A stretch of DNA of 64,000 bases from the human T2T-CHM13v2.0 reference genome, Homo sapiens. The DNA is taken from the NCBI RefSeq assembly GCF_009914755.1, contig NC_060934.1. The stretch is one strand, 5' to 3'. How positions within the stretch are numbered: position 1 is the first letter of the stretch; the number at the start of each line of letters is the position of its first letter. Under the pieces are notes generated by a model. That model was not told where the DNA came from. It ran no database searches and saw nothing but the letters and a program-made list of their open reading frames with translations. The position numbers and the translations under genes were made by a program. This document shows, in pieces, positions 19,289 through 39,545 of the stretch.

Positions 19289-22200
19289 CTAGGCTTACAA
19301 GGTTCCTGTGCCCTGAAGCTGAGAGTCCCTGGAGGAAGGCCCGTATTAATGCTCACATACTCACACAAGGCCAGCCCCTCCTAGCCTCCAGTGTCTCACC
19401 TGGTCTGTGAAGGGCATGACTGACAGTCGTGCCTCTCCCATAGCCCTGTCCAGGGTACTGAGCAAGGATCCCACTGAGAAGTATCTGGTCCAAGGTACAT
19501 ACTTCAGAAACATGACCTCCTTTCTGGCTACATGTTGGAGACCCAGGAACTCAGCCTGGTTTTTTGGACACTGAGTCACCAGCAGGTCTCCAGCCAGGGG
19601 CTGTGAAGGTTGAGCATGGGGGCCTCCCTGGCCACATGGGGCTGGCATCCCAAACTAAAAGGTGAGGGGGTCCAGGGGCACATGAACCAGAGGCAGAGAG
19701 AGATGGGGGTGCTGTGAGCTAACTTCAGTCCTAGCACTGCCACTTAACTGTCTGTGTGAACTGGGCCAAGTCCCTTGTGCACCTCAGAAGCAGTTTCCAT
19801 GTCAGTAACAGGGGAGTAAACTGAGGGCACCTCTTTGGATAAAGGAGGAGGGAACACCAGGGAAGTGCCTGGCAATGGCAACAGAGCACACGAACACATG
19901 CACACACGTGCATGCACAGCCCCCCCCCCAAAAAAATACTCTTAATTAGCCCAGCAGTGCGAGCCCTCACAGACTGGGTTTTGAATGGTAAAAATAGTGG
20001 TCTGAGAGTGGTGAGCCCCTGGAGGCTAACGGCATTCCTCAGGAGGTACAGTCTGTGTCCCTCTCGTATGGGGCACATTGAGCCTCCTTAAGACAGTGCG
20101 GATGGTGAGTCCCTGAAGAGGAACATGGGGCCCTGTGGACCCTGCCATCTGCTTCCCTCATCTCCTGGGCCCAAACTGGCACTGGTCAGGAGAGTCTGTG
20201 GGGACTCCCTTCTCATCTCCCCTCTTTCCCTCCTCCTCTCTCTTCTAGAAAGAAGACAGAGGGAAGAGGATGCACTGCCTTCCTGCTAATGGAGGGGGAG
20301 GCTTGGGCACTCTCTTCTTTCTAGAGGTTGATGCGTTTGTCAGAATCCAACTTCTGTCCCTGCTCACAGATTAAATCACTCATTTCTAATTGGGATGGAA
20401 AGCTCCTGCATGGGTGCCACTGTGAATGGCATTGTTTTTCAACTAAACGGATCATAACTGATCAGGAAGGGTTCTCCACACTTCCAGTGCTTCCCGGAAG
20501 CAGCCAGTGGATGCCAGGTTGCGGGGGAGGCTTAAAGCAAAGGCCCCTAGAGAAGCCGCAAGAGGGTTTCCAGGGCCAGGTCAGACCGTGTTACCATACC
20601 CCATGCACATGCGGTGTGCAGCACAGGGCAGGCTCTCAGCACACACTTGCTGAACAAATGAGGGGGGTGAATTAATGAATGGAGGGAGGAAGCAGGAGCG
20701 GACATGGGAAATGCAGAGAAGACTCACATTAGTTTAGCCAGGCAAGATGACCCTCAGGTCCCAGAACACGCTCCTCACTGGGGAGGACAGGCAGCCATTT
20801 CGCAGAAGAGACAGCCTGAGGGGTTGGGAGGCTGGCTGCAGCCCATGGCAGGGACAGGCCAGAGCCCAGCCTTCTGCCTGGGCTTGGATGGGTCATTGTC
20901 AGGCCCCCAGCCATTCTGCCAAGAGAACTGGGGTTGGGGGAGGCTTCCTATGGTGACCCCAGGAAAGGAGCCACAGCTGGCCCTGGGGGTGGCCCCTAAA
21001 CCCCTGCCTGGGCTAAGGGATGGGAGAGTAAGCTTCTGCCTCATCCCAGGGCAGAGGGTGGCTTTGCTCAGGGAGCATCCTGCAGCTGGGCTACTGCTCC
21101 TAATTTTCACGCCTTGTGTGACCCCACCCTCGCCAGCCCTCCTTGAGGGCAGTGGGGCAGCTGAGCCTCTCCCCCATGCTCTGGGGCTGGTTTGGTGGAG
21201 GGGACCACACCAAGGGGCTGTGGATGCTGAAGCGAACTCCCAACTCTACTTGCAGCATAGCTGACACCGCGTGATGAAGCCAAGAGCGCAAACTGAGGCC
21301 TGGTCAAGCTGGGGAGAGGGCACAGGAGACAGAAAAGGATTCTTTCAGAGGGAGTGGGAGCGGGACAGGGAAAGAGGAAACAGAAGCGGATGTGGAGAAA
21401 GAATAATCCCGCCCCACCGAGGACTGTGGGGTGCTATGGGCTGCTCCACAGGGTGCATGTCTGTGCACGTGTCTGCGAGGGCACCTGTCGGTGTCTGGCG
21501 TGTGTACCCAGAGTGCAAAGGTGGCATACTCAGGCGCACTCGGGCACCCCCTGCAAGACAGCAGAGCTTGTTGGAATCTCTGGAACCCAGAGCGGGGAGG
21601 TGCTTGGCCTTCTTTGCTCCGGTGAGTCCCCACAGACCCTACAGGCCTGTGGCACAGGCACTGACCAACCAGGCCACAGGGAGTTGATGAGACCCTGTGA
21701 CACCTGAATGCACCTCAGTGCACAGGTGCCTCCCAAGCATGCCCTGTGTTCATTCCCATGTTGGCCTTTCAGAGAGGAATGTTCTACCCATTTTACAGAG
21801 GACAGGGGGAGACCAGTGAGATCAGTTTTCTAGTCCCGTATTGCCACAAATGGGAGGCTGAGCCAGGAGGATCCCTTGAGCCCAGAGGTTCGAAACCAGC
21901 CTGGGCAACATAGGGAGACTCTGTCTCTACAAAAAATTAAAAAGTAGCCTGGTGTGATGGTGCATACCTGTAGTCCCAGCTACACAGGAAACTGAGACAG
22001 GAGGATCACTTGAGCTCGGGGAGTCGAGGCTGTAGTGAGCTGTGTTCACACCACTGCACTTCAGCCTGGGTGACAGAGCGAGACCCTGTCTCCAAACAAA
22101 AACAGTAACAACGAAAAGAGACTCCTGGGCTGTGCTGCAGGCTCTGGGAGGAAGCAGCAGAGGGGCCTGGGCTCCGAGGGCTTTGAGACCCTGGAGAGGA

Positions 22201-22599
22201 CCTGGGAGTCAACACCTGTCCTCCTCCTTCACTTGCTCCAGGACAGGGTGGAAGTGTAGGCATTTGGGCTTCAGAGGCCAGGCGGAGTCTGGAGCAACCC
22301 CAGGCAGCAGAGTGGCCCCACTCCAGGAAACTCCTCCAGGTGAGCCCACAACTGACCACAAGGCTTGCCCTGCCCCCATGTGCCTTGGGCAGAAGAAACA
22401 GAACAGTCACACCGGTAAACAGGAAGTGGAAGGGCGAGGAGGAGCCCAGTCGTGAGTCACTGTAATTTAAACACCCAAGGCAGACAAGTAGCACAAAAGA
22501 GGAAACCAACACATCTCATGGAAAACACATTCAGGGACCCAGAGCTAATACAACAAACAGAATAAGACTTTAGAATAAGTATAATTAATATCCACAGAG

Positions 22600-27480
<4,881 letters not shown>

Positions 27481-29379
27481 TTATGAAAATGTTTAGGATT
27501 GGTGGGGTGTAAATAGGTGCAGCATTTCTGGAGGGCAATTCGTCCATAGCTACTAATGTCCCCAGTGTCTAGCAACATGGAAAAGTGTAAATAAATGATC
27601 CCTATTCGGCAGTTTAGAAATGAGGTCGTCCTATATGCAATAATATGGATTACATTGCTAAGTGGAAAAAGCATGTCACAGAAGCTTGAATCCATGGGAC
27701 ACTTTTCATGTCATCCATTTGTGTTAACTCACAGATGAAGCTCAAATTACACAAAAGTGAATTAAGCAGAAGCCCTCAGGAGGGACGTACACTGGAGGGT
27801 TGCCCTGTCATCTCCAGGGAGGGCCCCAGGCTTGGTAGCGGAGAGCAGGTGGCCTCACGAGGACTGCTACTGCATTTGAATGATCTCCCTGCTTTAATTG
27901 ACAGAACAGGTGTGTGTATTGTGCATACAACGGATTCCTGTGCTGTCTTCTCAGGTCACAGAATCCCAGGGAGACATAAGGAAGAGGCGAGGACTCAAAT
28001 GCTCTGCCAATCATTGGGAGTAACTTGTCCCTAGGGCAGAAGAAAGAGCTGCCCTCTTCTGTCCCTAAAAACATGTTTCTCTTCCTTAATAATATCACGG
28101 GGTGGGGGGGAGCAGGGAGAGAGAGACTGAGCAAGAGGGAGGCGCCGGAGTCCCTTTCTGATTCTGAGACAGTAATGCCCAGGTTTTGCACACCATGCTG
28201 TCCACTTTGCCAGCAGGACTGGGTGGCATGGCACTTCTGATAGAACGTCTGCTGTCTTTCTCCAGATTCCATTCTGTGCCCTTCTGCGAGGTCGAAGCTG
28301 GTGCTTCCTTGATCATACCAGCAGGTGTCAGCAGAATGTTCTGGACACCATCCCAGACGCTGGCTTCTTCCTCGTGGTCCTTCAGTGGTTTGTTGGAAAC
28401 ACTGAGGGCTGGGGTCGTCCAGTCAGGTTCCAGGTGAAAGTGTGCAGAATCACCTGCCGCCCGCCCAGCTCCTGACTCTGAAGTGCTGAGAGTGAACACA
28501 GCTTCAGAACAGATGAAAGGCACTGCTTCTCTCCCATCAACTCCACACACCCAGTGATAACAGAAAAGGGCAGTCCAGTCTTCTAGTCACCCTTCGATGT
28601 GATGGGGCAGCTGCAACCCAATTTTAGATGCTCCGAGAGGTTAAATCAATTCCCCAGGGCACACAGCCATAAACGGCAAAGACAGGACTTGAAGTCGAGA
28701 CTGTGGTTCTGAATAGTGCCCTGTCTACACTACATGACCAAGAGGGCATTTCTGGAGGGCTTGAGGTTGCGTGTGTCAACCCCTGTGAATCGCAGGGTGA
28801 CCAGGAGCAAAAGGCTTGCCACAGCTGAGACCCCCCAGGGTCTTGCTCTGGGCCTTCCCCTCCCTGGACCAGAGCAGCCCCATCTATGAAAAGATCATGC
28901 TGTACTCTAGGGTATCTGAGAGCCCCCGAGCACCACGGCTCCATGACTAAGAAACTCCAGAAAAAAACTGTGAAGTGCGGCTTCACTTCTCTGCATCTGG
29001 ACTCAGGATGCGCCTCGTCCAGCCTGAGGACCCTGGACTTCATGCCTGGCAAAAGGCTGTGCCACTGAGGTTTCCTGAAATAACACTGCCCAATTCGGGG
29101 ACATGCCCTACAGTCCTCTGGATCCAGGGAACACCTGTGAGCAACAGCCTCTGGGCTTGGACAGCCGATCCTGCCCCTCATGTGGACGGCTGGCCCACTC
29201 CCCCAAAGTCCCCGATCCTAGAGGGAGAGACAGAAATGGGGAGGTCTGGGTCTGTCCAGCAACCAGGATAGGCACCTCCTTCTTGATCCTGGAGACAGGC
29301 TCAGGGGGTGAGCACAGAGGGGACTTCCCAGGGTCGAGAAACTGCTTCCGGTGAGGTGAGAATGGATAGATCACCTGAG

Positions 29380-29760
29380 GTCCTGTGGTTACCCCACCCA
29401 CCCGACCTGTGGTCCCCCTACCTCCTGTGGTGACTCCACCCCTTCCTGCATCCACCCAGCTCCTCCTGTGGACACACCACATCCTCCTGGGGACATCTCA
29501 TCCGCTCCTGGGGACACCTTACCCCCTCCTGGGATCCTCTCACCCCCTCCTGGGGTCATCTCACCCCCTCCTGGGGACATCTCACCCCCTGTGGTCACCC
29601 ACCCCCTCCTGGGGTCACGGTCTCCCCACCCCCTCCTAGGGTCATCTCACCCCCTCCTGGAAACATTTCACCCCCCTGTGGTCACCCACCCCCTCCTGGG
29701 AACATCTCATCTCCTCTGAACACCTCACCCCCTCCTGGGGTCACCCACCCCCTCCTTTGG
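29380..29760. repeat. Minisatellite/VNTR with a ~21-bp unit (GGGACATCTCACCCCCTCCTG and variants)
   Basis: Tandem units visible directly; the 7-residue LLGTSHP periodicity in the ORF track confirms the 21-nt period. Confidence 0.9.
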
Positions 29761-30698
29761 CCCTCCTTGCCACTTTCACTGACCTCTCAAGCCCGCAGCC
29801 TCTGTGTGGTCCCCTGAGCACCCCGAATCCCTGTACCTATAGCTAGAGCTGGACTCCAGGGCACTCTGGCTTCATCCCCTGCTGGGCTCAGCCCTGAGAT
29901 CCCCCCGGAGGACTGCAGCAACCCTGAGTTGCTGCTTGCCTGGCCCCACAGCTCTGTGGAGCCGCTCCTCTCCTCCTCACAGGGCTCTGAGGAGGGACCT
30001 AAAAGGCGAGTGGACAGCCAGCCATGGAGGGTGCCACTTGCTGGGAGTCCCTGCCATCCCTCCCGGCTATTGGGGGCCTGCCTCCCCTGTTGACAGCAGG
30101 CTGGGGATGGGATGAGCTTTGGCAAGGAGGTCTGAGTGGCCATGGCCTGGGCACCCCCAGGAAGAGCTGAGGGGCCGGATTTTGGGCTCCCTTCACTCCT
30201 CACCTCCCACAAGCCTTGCAGGTCCCATTTGTGGCTTCTGCATCCTAAGGCCCCGGCTGAGGGGACTCGCAGTAGACGGTCCATGTGGGTAAGAAATAGT
30301 CCTCTGGGTCACAGTCTCTGAGATCTGGGCCCCTTCATTACAGCAGCACGTCTTAGCCTGAGTGGGCTGGTGTCAGACACAGCGAGTGGCGGTAAGTGTG
30401 GGCCCCTCACCATCTCCCCTTCAGGGATGAAGAAGGCCTTGTGCCAGCAAAGTGAGTAAGAAAGAGCAGTCCCTCAAGAGGAGAGCAGGGAAGGGCAAGG
30501 GATGGCCGGGCCGAGGGCAGTGGCTGGGAGCCACCGAATGGAAAGGGGCGGGCAGTGGAGGGGGCGGTCATGAGGCTGGGAGCTGTGCCAGTGTCCAGCA
30601 GGCCGCACCCCTCCGCCTCCTCTCACCCCTCACAGGAAGGTGTTAATCCATACATCCGGAGACCCAGAGAAACCAAGTAACATTGCATTCCTGGCTGT

Positions 30699-33502
<2,804 letters not shown>

Positions 33503-33864
33503 TAGTTTTCTATGATGACGTAGCCTATCATGACCTATCTGTATGGGCTCACCCCTGCCTTCCTAAGCCCCTCCTTCCCCTATGTCCTCCTCCTCCACAG
33601 CCCCTCCTCGGCCTCCTAACCTGTCCCAGGACACCCCTGCCCTGTTCCCTCCCCTCAACCCCCTTTCCTGGTTCCCCCACCTCCCACTGGCGTGCCCAAG
33701 ACTCAGTCCTCGGCTCCGTGCCTCCCTCTGCATCTACCTACTCTGTGATCTGTCCCTCTCTGGCACTGCAGACACAGTGTGGGTGCTATCAGGTCCAGAC
33801 TCATACGTCCAACCTGGGCCTCGCTGGCTGGAACCAGAATCCCAGCCACCTTTGGGTGATGATC

Positions 33865-34254
33865 TGTGGCCGACTGCCACTGCTACTACTTGAGACTGTC
33901 ACTACAACAATTACTACTGTTACTGCCTAAGACTGTCATTACAGTAGTTACTACTGTTACTGCTTGAGACTGTCATTACAAGACGAACGTAGAAATGATA
34001 AAAGACAAAAGTAACTATTTTAAGGAAAGGCTAGCATGGGGAAGAAGAAGAGAGAAGAGAAGAAAAGGGCTCTCTGCTTGTATTAAGCAAAGGCAGCCGT
34101 CTGAGCTTCTACAGCCCTTCGTATTTATTGGGTAACAACAGCAAGGAGGAGGAGGTAATGATTGGTCAGATGCTTAATTGATCACAGGTTCATATTGTTA
34201 CTAACAAGCTTCAATTATGTCTAATCATAAGAAACATTTGTGCAGCTTCCAACA
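33865..34254 (-). mobile_element. LTR3B-type 3' LTR of HERV-K(HML-6), apparently U3-deleted
   Basis: TGTTGG...GGCCACA termini; AATAAATACGAAGGGCTGTAGAAGCTCAG; 36-bp tandem repeats at 33880-33980; polypurine tract AAAAACAAAAAGGAGGAGA immediately upstream. Confidence 0.85.
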
Positions 34255-35840
34255 TCTCCTCCTTTTTGTTTTTAAATTAATTGAGCAAGGCAATTGCAGG
34301 CTGTGCAGCCCTTAATTGCGAGTTGGTGATCCAGCTTCATTTTTCTTAGCCCTTATTCAAAATGGAGTTGCTCTGGTTTGAATGCTTCTTACATATTTCC
34401 CCCTTCCCTTTAACAAGAGGACCCTTAATCCTAAGGGTTGCAGAAAGATGAAGGTCTCTCTTCTGCAACTTCTTCATGCTGAACAGGGGCGAAAATATTC
34501 TTGCCTATTAGGTTCTCTTGTATTCAGGGTAGAGAGGAGCTCAGTCAGAAAGCATTGGTCCATTAAGGTACAATCGATGGATTGTACCTCTGAGTTCCAG
34601 CACAAGGTAAAACCCTGGCACTCCAGCAGTTTCTCAGCTTCCTGTGTGGTTTTCTTGATCTGTCCCCATGTCACGGGGGTTGGTGTCAGCGTGACTCTGG
34701 TTGGTCCTCGTTCTGTTTTCGCATTCAGATTCAACTGGCTCATTGCTCATACTGGGGGAACCAGGCCTGTAGTTGGAATCCATGGGTCCCTCCAGTCTCC
34801 CTTTCCATGGTTGCACACGTCTTGACGGCACCCACATGGTTTGTTCATCTCCTGCAAAAACACAAGCATACCCTCGACCCCACATTAGTAAATCTGTAAA
34901 AGCAAAGGTTTTTGTGGCTGTAGCCAGGAGGCATGCCACTGCTGAAGCAATTGTAACTCAGCTTCTGCCTCTTTAGTCAATTGCCATGGGGTAAAACTTT
35001 CCACTGATAATGAAAGACAGGCTCTTTCTGATTAACAGAAGACACGGAAAAAGCAAATCGAGGCTTATCCTTCTCATAAACAATCCTCAAGATCTATTAC
35101 CACAAGAGACCAGTCTCTTGCTCCTGTATCCATAAGCCCACAAAACTTATTTTCTTCAATGTACACTGCACAATTGGGTCTATGAGATGCTATGGGTTGT
35201 GATAGATAAATTTATCTCCTAATTATACCTCCCCAATCCCTGATCTCCTTACTTCTTACTTAGAGAAGGGTACAATTTACAGGAAATAAGCAACAACTGA
35301 GCAATACGCTCTCCTGGTTCAAAAACCCAAAGATCTTGTGACATTACCACTACCTGAATTTCTCCTTCACAATCAAAATCAACAACTCCTGGACCTCTAA
35401 GTTAAGATAGCTTTTACCAAAATCAGTCCCATGTATATTGTTGGCAAAGGTCCCCAAATACCAACGGGAATCTTAGTGAGTTTGTTTCTTTCAATTAACA
35501 TAATTTTTTCTCTAGGAGAGCTAATCCTGCATTTCCAGGTGTTCCTGAGGAGAGGGAATCAATGTGCCTCTGGAAACCCACCCCTGAAACGGAGTTGTGG
35601 CCTGGACGGGGAATGCCCTCATAGTTTGAAGTGCCTGGGTCCAGGTCCTCTTTTCGCTTCCCGTGCCATTTTGATGAAATTTTGAGTGGCATTGATTAGC
35701 CCAATGATTTCCTTTATTGCAACGAGGGCAAAGTCCTCATGTTTTTTCTGTGGAGAGGGGAACCGTGTTTTAAGATCCCTTCTGCCCAGAGGTCTGGCGG
35801 TGTTCTTTTTTGAAACATCCAATTTTTCTACACTTGACAT
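34255..35840 (-). mobile_element. HERV-K(HML-6) internal remnant: gag zinc knuckles, dUTPase, protease, integrase C-terminus, env leader and env tail
   Basis: CPRCNKGNHWANQC (~35730-35689); PGVVDFDCEGEI (dUTPase); GLMDTGA (~35135-35120); WGRGYACVFAGDEQ; TWGQIKKTTQEAEKLL. Confidence 0.85.
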
Positions 35841-35844
35841 TGTG

Positions 35845-36115
35845 TAATTGACATTGTGGACCTCCCAAGTAGAAAGCAATTAAGCACCAGCGGTAGAACA
35901 CAGGTTAGTCTTAAGACCACGTGATTAAGCAAGTTAGTTAGATAAACTCCCTACACTCCTTTGTTTCTACCCTAATTTATTTAACTAAAGGTAAAGGGAC
36001 TAGGCTGCCTTCAGCCAGATTTATTACCGAAGTTATGCGAACTCTCAGGCCTTCCAAGAGGGTTTGTGGCTATTATAACTAAAATTTTTCCCACCAGCTT
36101 GACTGAACCCCCACA
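35845..36115 (-). mobile_element. Truncated 3' LTR22B of HERV-K(HML-5)
   Basis: Begins TGTGGGGGTTCAGTC after polypurine tract AAAAAAGGGAGAGA; colinear with 41253-41523; stops after 271 bp. Confidence 0.9.
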
Positions 36116-37990
36116 TCTCTCCCTTTTTTGTTTTCTGCATCAGGTCTTTTGCATTGGAGACTGCAGATGTGTGCAGCAACAGGTTTGTCGGGCATGGCAG
36201 TCATTGCTCTTATTCCAGCTTTGCGTCCTAGAATTAGCAAATAACATAAAACAATCATGAGTACAATTTGCAACATTCAGTTCCAGTCAGAGTGACCTCC
36301 AGGAGTGGGGGTCTAACCAGGAGAGATGATTTTGCACACCTTTCCATATGGCTGTTTGTTGGGTGTGTAGATCTATGGTGTGAGGGGATTCTAAAATTTT
36401 TGTTTTAAGTTGCTTTATGTCTGCTGTTAAATTGTCATGAAAGGTTCCCCAGAGGTGTTGTTTCACCTCATCTCAACTATGTATAGATTGATTCTATGGT
36501 AGAGAAGTGACACAGATATGTTTATGCTCCCAGTCACAGTTTAATTGCTGTCGGAATGCCAGTGCATCTTGTCGCTCCCCCACGTATTCTAAAGCTGCCT
36601 TGTGGGCTTGCAGACGTGCAAGAATTTTTTGATCTATACCTTGCTGTAAGACTTCATTAGACACATTTTTGGCCAGATTATCTACAAAGGCAGCTGTTTG
36701 TACTGACTCAGTAATAGATGCGAGAGCAACGCGAGCAGTTGCCAGGATGACTATGGCTGAGACTATAAAAGCCATAAGTGTAACTATGAATCTTTTGTGT
36801 CTGACGTGGGATAGGGTACGTTCTACATTCTAAGGTGACAAGGACAGAGGAACCTTGCCAATCATGAGTCAGATTGACTGGTAGGAATGCCTCAGATTGT
36901 CTCCTTAATATCACGACACTAGTAATTTTTAAATTAGATATATTGTGGTGATACATGAGGCAAACCAAGCCTGTCCCTGCACCCGGGTCACAAACGTGGA
37001 GTTTTGAGGTGTAATGGAAATGTTAGTTCCCATAAGGAAAACATATGGATGGGTAGAGCAAATCAGGCACTGATCAGTGTGATTATGAATAAAGGTTATG
37101 GTATAGTTGCGACTGGATTTATGACATGTCCCATGCCAGGTGTTAAGGGAGGTGCTAAGATGTCCCAGGTGCCATAAGTTTCACTGGGGTGGCATGGACT
37201 TTACTTAGGGTCTGGGATATCTCATCCCCCCATCAGCCCAAATTATAGGGGAACGAGACGTGGCTTTGAAACTGTGATTGATGCTGTGATGGATGAAGAC
37301 ATTAGTAAGGCTGCCCTACAATCGGCCATGGGGGCACCAGTCTAAGATGTTATAATTGCCTAACTGGAGGCTATGGGCTTGTCTCCTGTGACAGACCTCC
37401 CAGCTAAAGTGGAATCCATTACTTTCCTGGCTTTGTTCTTTAGCACAGGAAGGAATGTTTGGGAAAGCGGTGTTGATTGCATTGCCCAGTTTGAGGCTTC
37501 CTGCAGCTAAGAATGCTAAGGCATTTCCTTCACAGTGATGTAGCCATACTTGTTTTGGGGCAGGTACACAGTAAGGGTTAGAGCCTTTATAACTTACACA
37601 CAGTGGGAGGATAGTGGAGTGATATGTAATGTTATCTGGCATCTTAGTCCAATGTGTGCCATTATTGCGGGACCTCACTGGCGGTAAATCTATTCCTCCT
37701 AACTAAGCAGTCACGTTATTATAGGCTGGGAAGGGAGCGTCTGCCCAGGTGACAGGGCAAAAGAAAGGTGGGTCTAAGATATGAGTCCAATACAGTGTAG
37801 TAGCAGGTACAGGTTGCAGACAAAGTGAGAGCATAAAAAGGATTAATACCCTATATGAGATGCAATGTACAACAGAAAGCATAGCAAGAAATAAATTATC
37901 TGGAGTAAATGGTGTTTGTGTCTGGAGCAGGATTCATTCAGCCTCCTGAATTGTCCTCTTCAGCATCCCCCAGGTAACATCCAGGACTCA
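36116..37990 (-). pseudogene. HML-5 env remnant (SU and TM)
   Basis: TM translation AFIVSAIVILATA...IDQKILARL...LNCDWEHKHICVT, with the betaretroviral CX7C loop; multiple stops and frameshifts. Confidence 0.88.
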
Positions 37991-39545
37991 CGTCATCCGC
38001 GGAAGCCACATTGTCCAGGGCTGTGGGTCTTGCAGGGTTAACTCCTTTATTTCTGGTACCGGATTCGGTCCTAGCTACACCATGGTATGGTTTGATGCAT
38101 CATGCTGGAATCCAAAGAGGACCTGAGGGGGTGTGGACACAAGCATACCCTCTTCCCCACGTTAATAATTCATTTGGACCACACCATTCATTACAGTTCA
38201 CATCTTTCCATAAAACTGCTGGTTTTATGCCTTGAGAGGTTTTATCAAAGTGCTTTTCTACAGCTGATTGAATGAAATTTGTCATCTAAATTTTTAAAAT
38301 TAAGGGTAAATAAGGCTTGTACCAATAGTGTTGCAGGGTCTTTACCCATACTCCTCCTTTTTTGTTTTTTGAGCATATTTTTAACAGTAGAGTGGGCACA
38401 TTCTACTATTGCTTGTCTTTGGGGATTATATGGGATGCCTGTGGAATGTTGGATATTCCACATGTGACAAAATTGTTGAAATTGTGAGGTGGCATAAGCC
38501 GGACCATTATCAGTCTTAATTTTTGCGGGTTGTCTTATAAATGTAACAGTTAAAAGATGTTTAATGACGTATCGAGTGGACTCTCTAAGCAGAGCATGTG
38601 CACTAATTAAATGAGTGTTGGTATCAATGGATACACGCACATATCTTAGTTTTTTAAATTTAGGGATGTAGGTAACATCTGTTTGCTATAACTGATTAGG
38701 TTCTAGTTCTCTAGGGTTAACACCTGTTGAAGGAGGGGACATGCCTGTGAGCTGGCCATCTGGGCATTGTAGGATAATTTGTTTAGCCAGTCTCTGTGTA
38801 AGTTGAAATTGTTTAGATAAGTTTGTCCAATTTTGGTGGAAAAATTGATGTGATTGGGTGGCTTGGTCAAGCAGTGATGTCATAACCTGAAGGTCTGCTT
38901 GTTCATTGCCATAAGCCAATGGGCCAGGCAGTGAGCTGTGGGCTTGAATGTGTGTAATAAAAATAGTATGTATATGTTGATCTAGCAATTGCTGAAGTCA
39001 AAGAAAAAGAGCACACAGGGCTGGCTCCAGAGTAGACTTAATTAGTGCTGTCTCAAAGTTCTGTAGTAAATACACAGAGTAAGCAGAATTACTAACTATA
39101 TTGATGGGCTGAGTTGAAAAAGTTTCTAAGGCCAGTATCAGAGCCCTAATCTCAGCTCTCTGCTAGCAAACAGATTGAGTGATTGAATTTGGTCTGTACT
39201 AGACTGCCACTTTTCTGTTTACTAGACCCATCAGTAAACAGTGTTAAAGCATCAGGTAGGGGGGAATGAACTATTTTTGTAGGTAAAATATTTACTAGAC
39301 TTTTTGGGAATGACGAAAATGGGTGAATTTTAAGGGCTGTTAGAATATTATCCATAAAATGAATAATCTTGCAATCAGGAAATTTTTTTTCACTAGGGAG
39401 CAGAGCTTGATTTTAATTGCTCCTTAACTAACTCATGGGACTTTTGTAATTTCTCCCCCTTTAGAGGTTAGTTTTGCTTAAATTGGATTTGGAGAGTCAC
39501 GCTAGGGGTAAGAGAAAGAGAACAGTGGCCATTATCAGAAAGAGG
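37990..39545 (-). pseudogene. HML-5 pol remnant (partial RT, RNase H, integrase), internally deleted
   Basis: HFMDNIL (RT motif), TLFTDGS, HIQAHSSLPGPLAYGNEQAD, IKTDNGPAY, HSTGIPYNPQRQAIVE, WGRGYACV. Confidence 0.9.

Noticed and set aside
20100-21630. Isolated strong plus-strand GTGAGT donors (~20105, ~21622)
   Set aside because: No matching acceptors or promoter evidence; expected by chance at this frequency.
27808-29271. Several 150-185 aa ORFs in unique sequence
   Set aside because: No recognisable protein family, overlapping on both strands, and no consistent acceptor-donor pairs.
29380-29760. CRISPR-like or repeat-protein interpretation of the tandem array
   Set aside because: No unique spacers, eukaryotic context, and frame shifts between unit types; it is an ordinary minisatellite.
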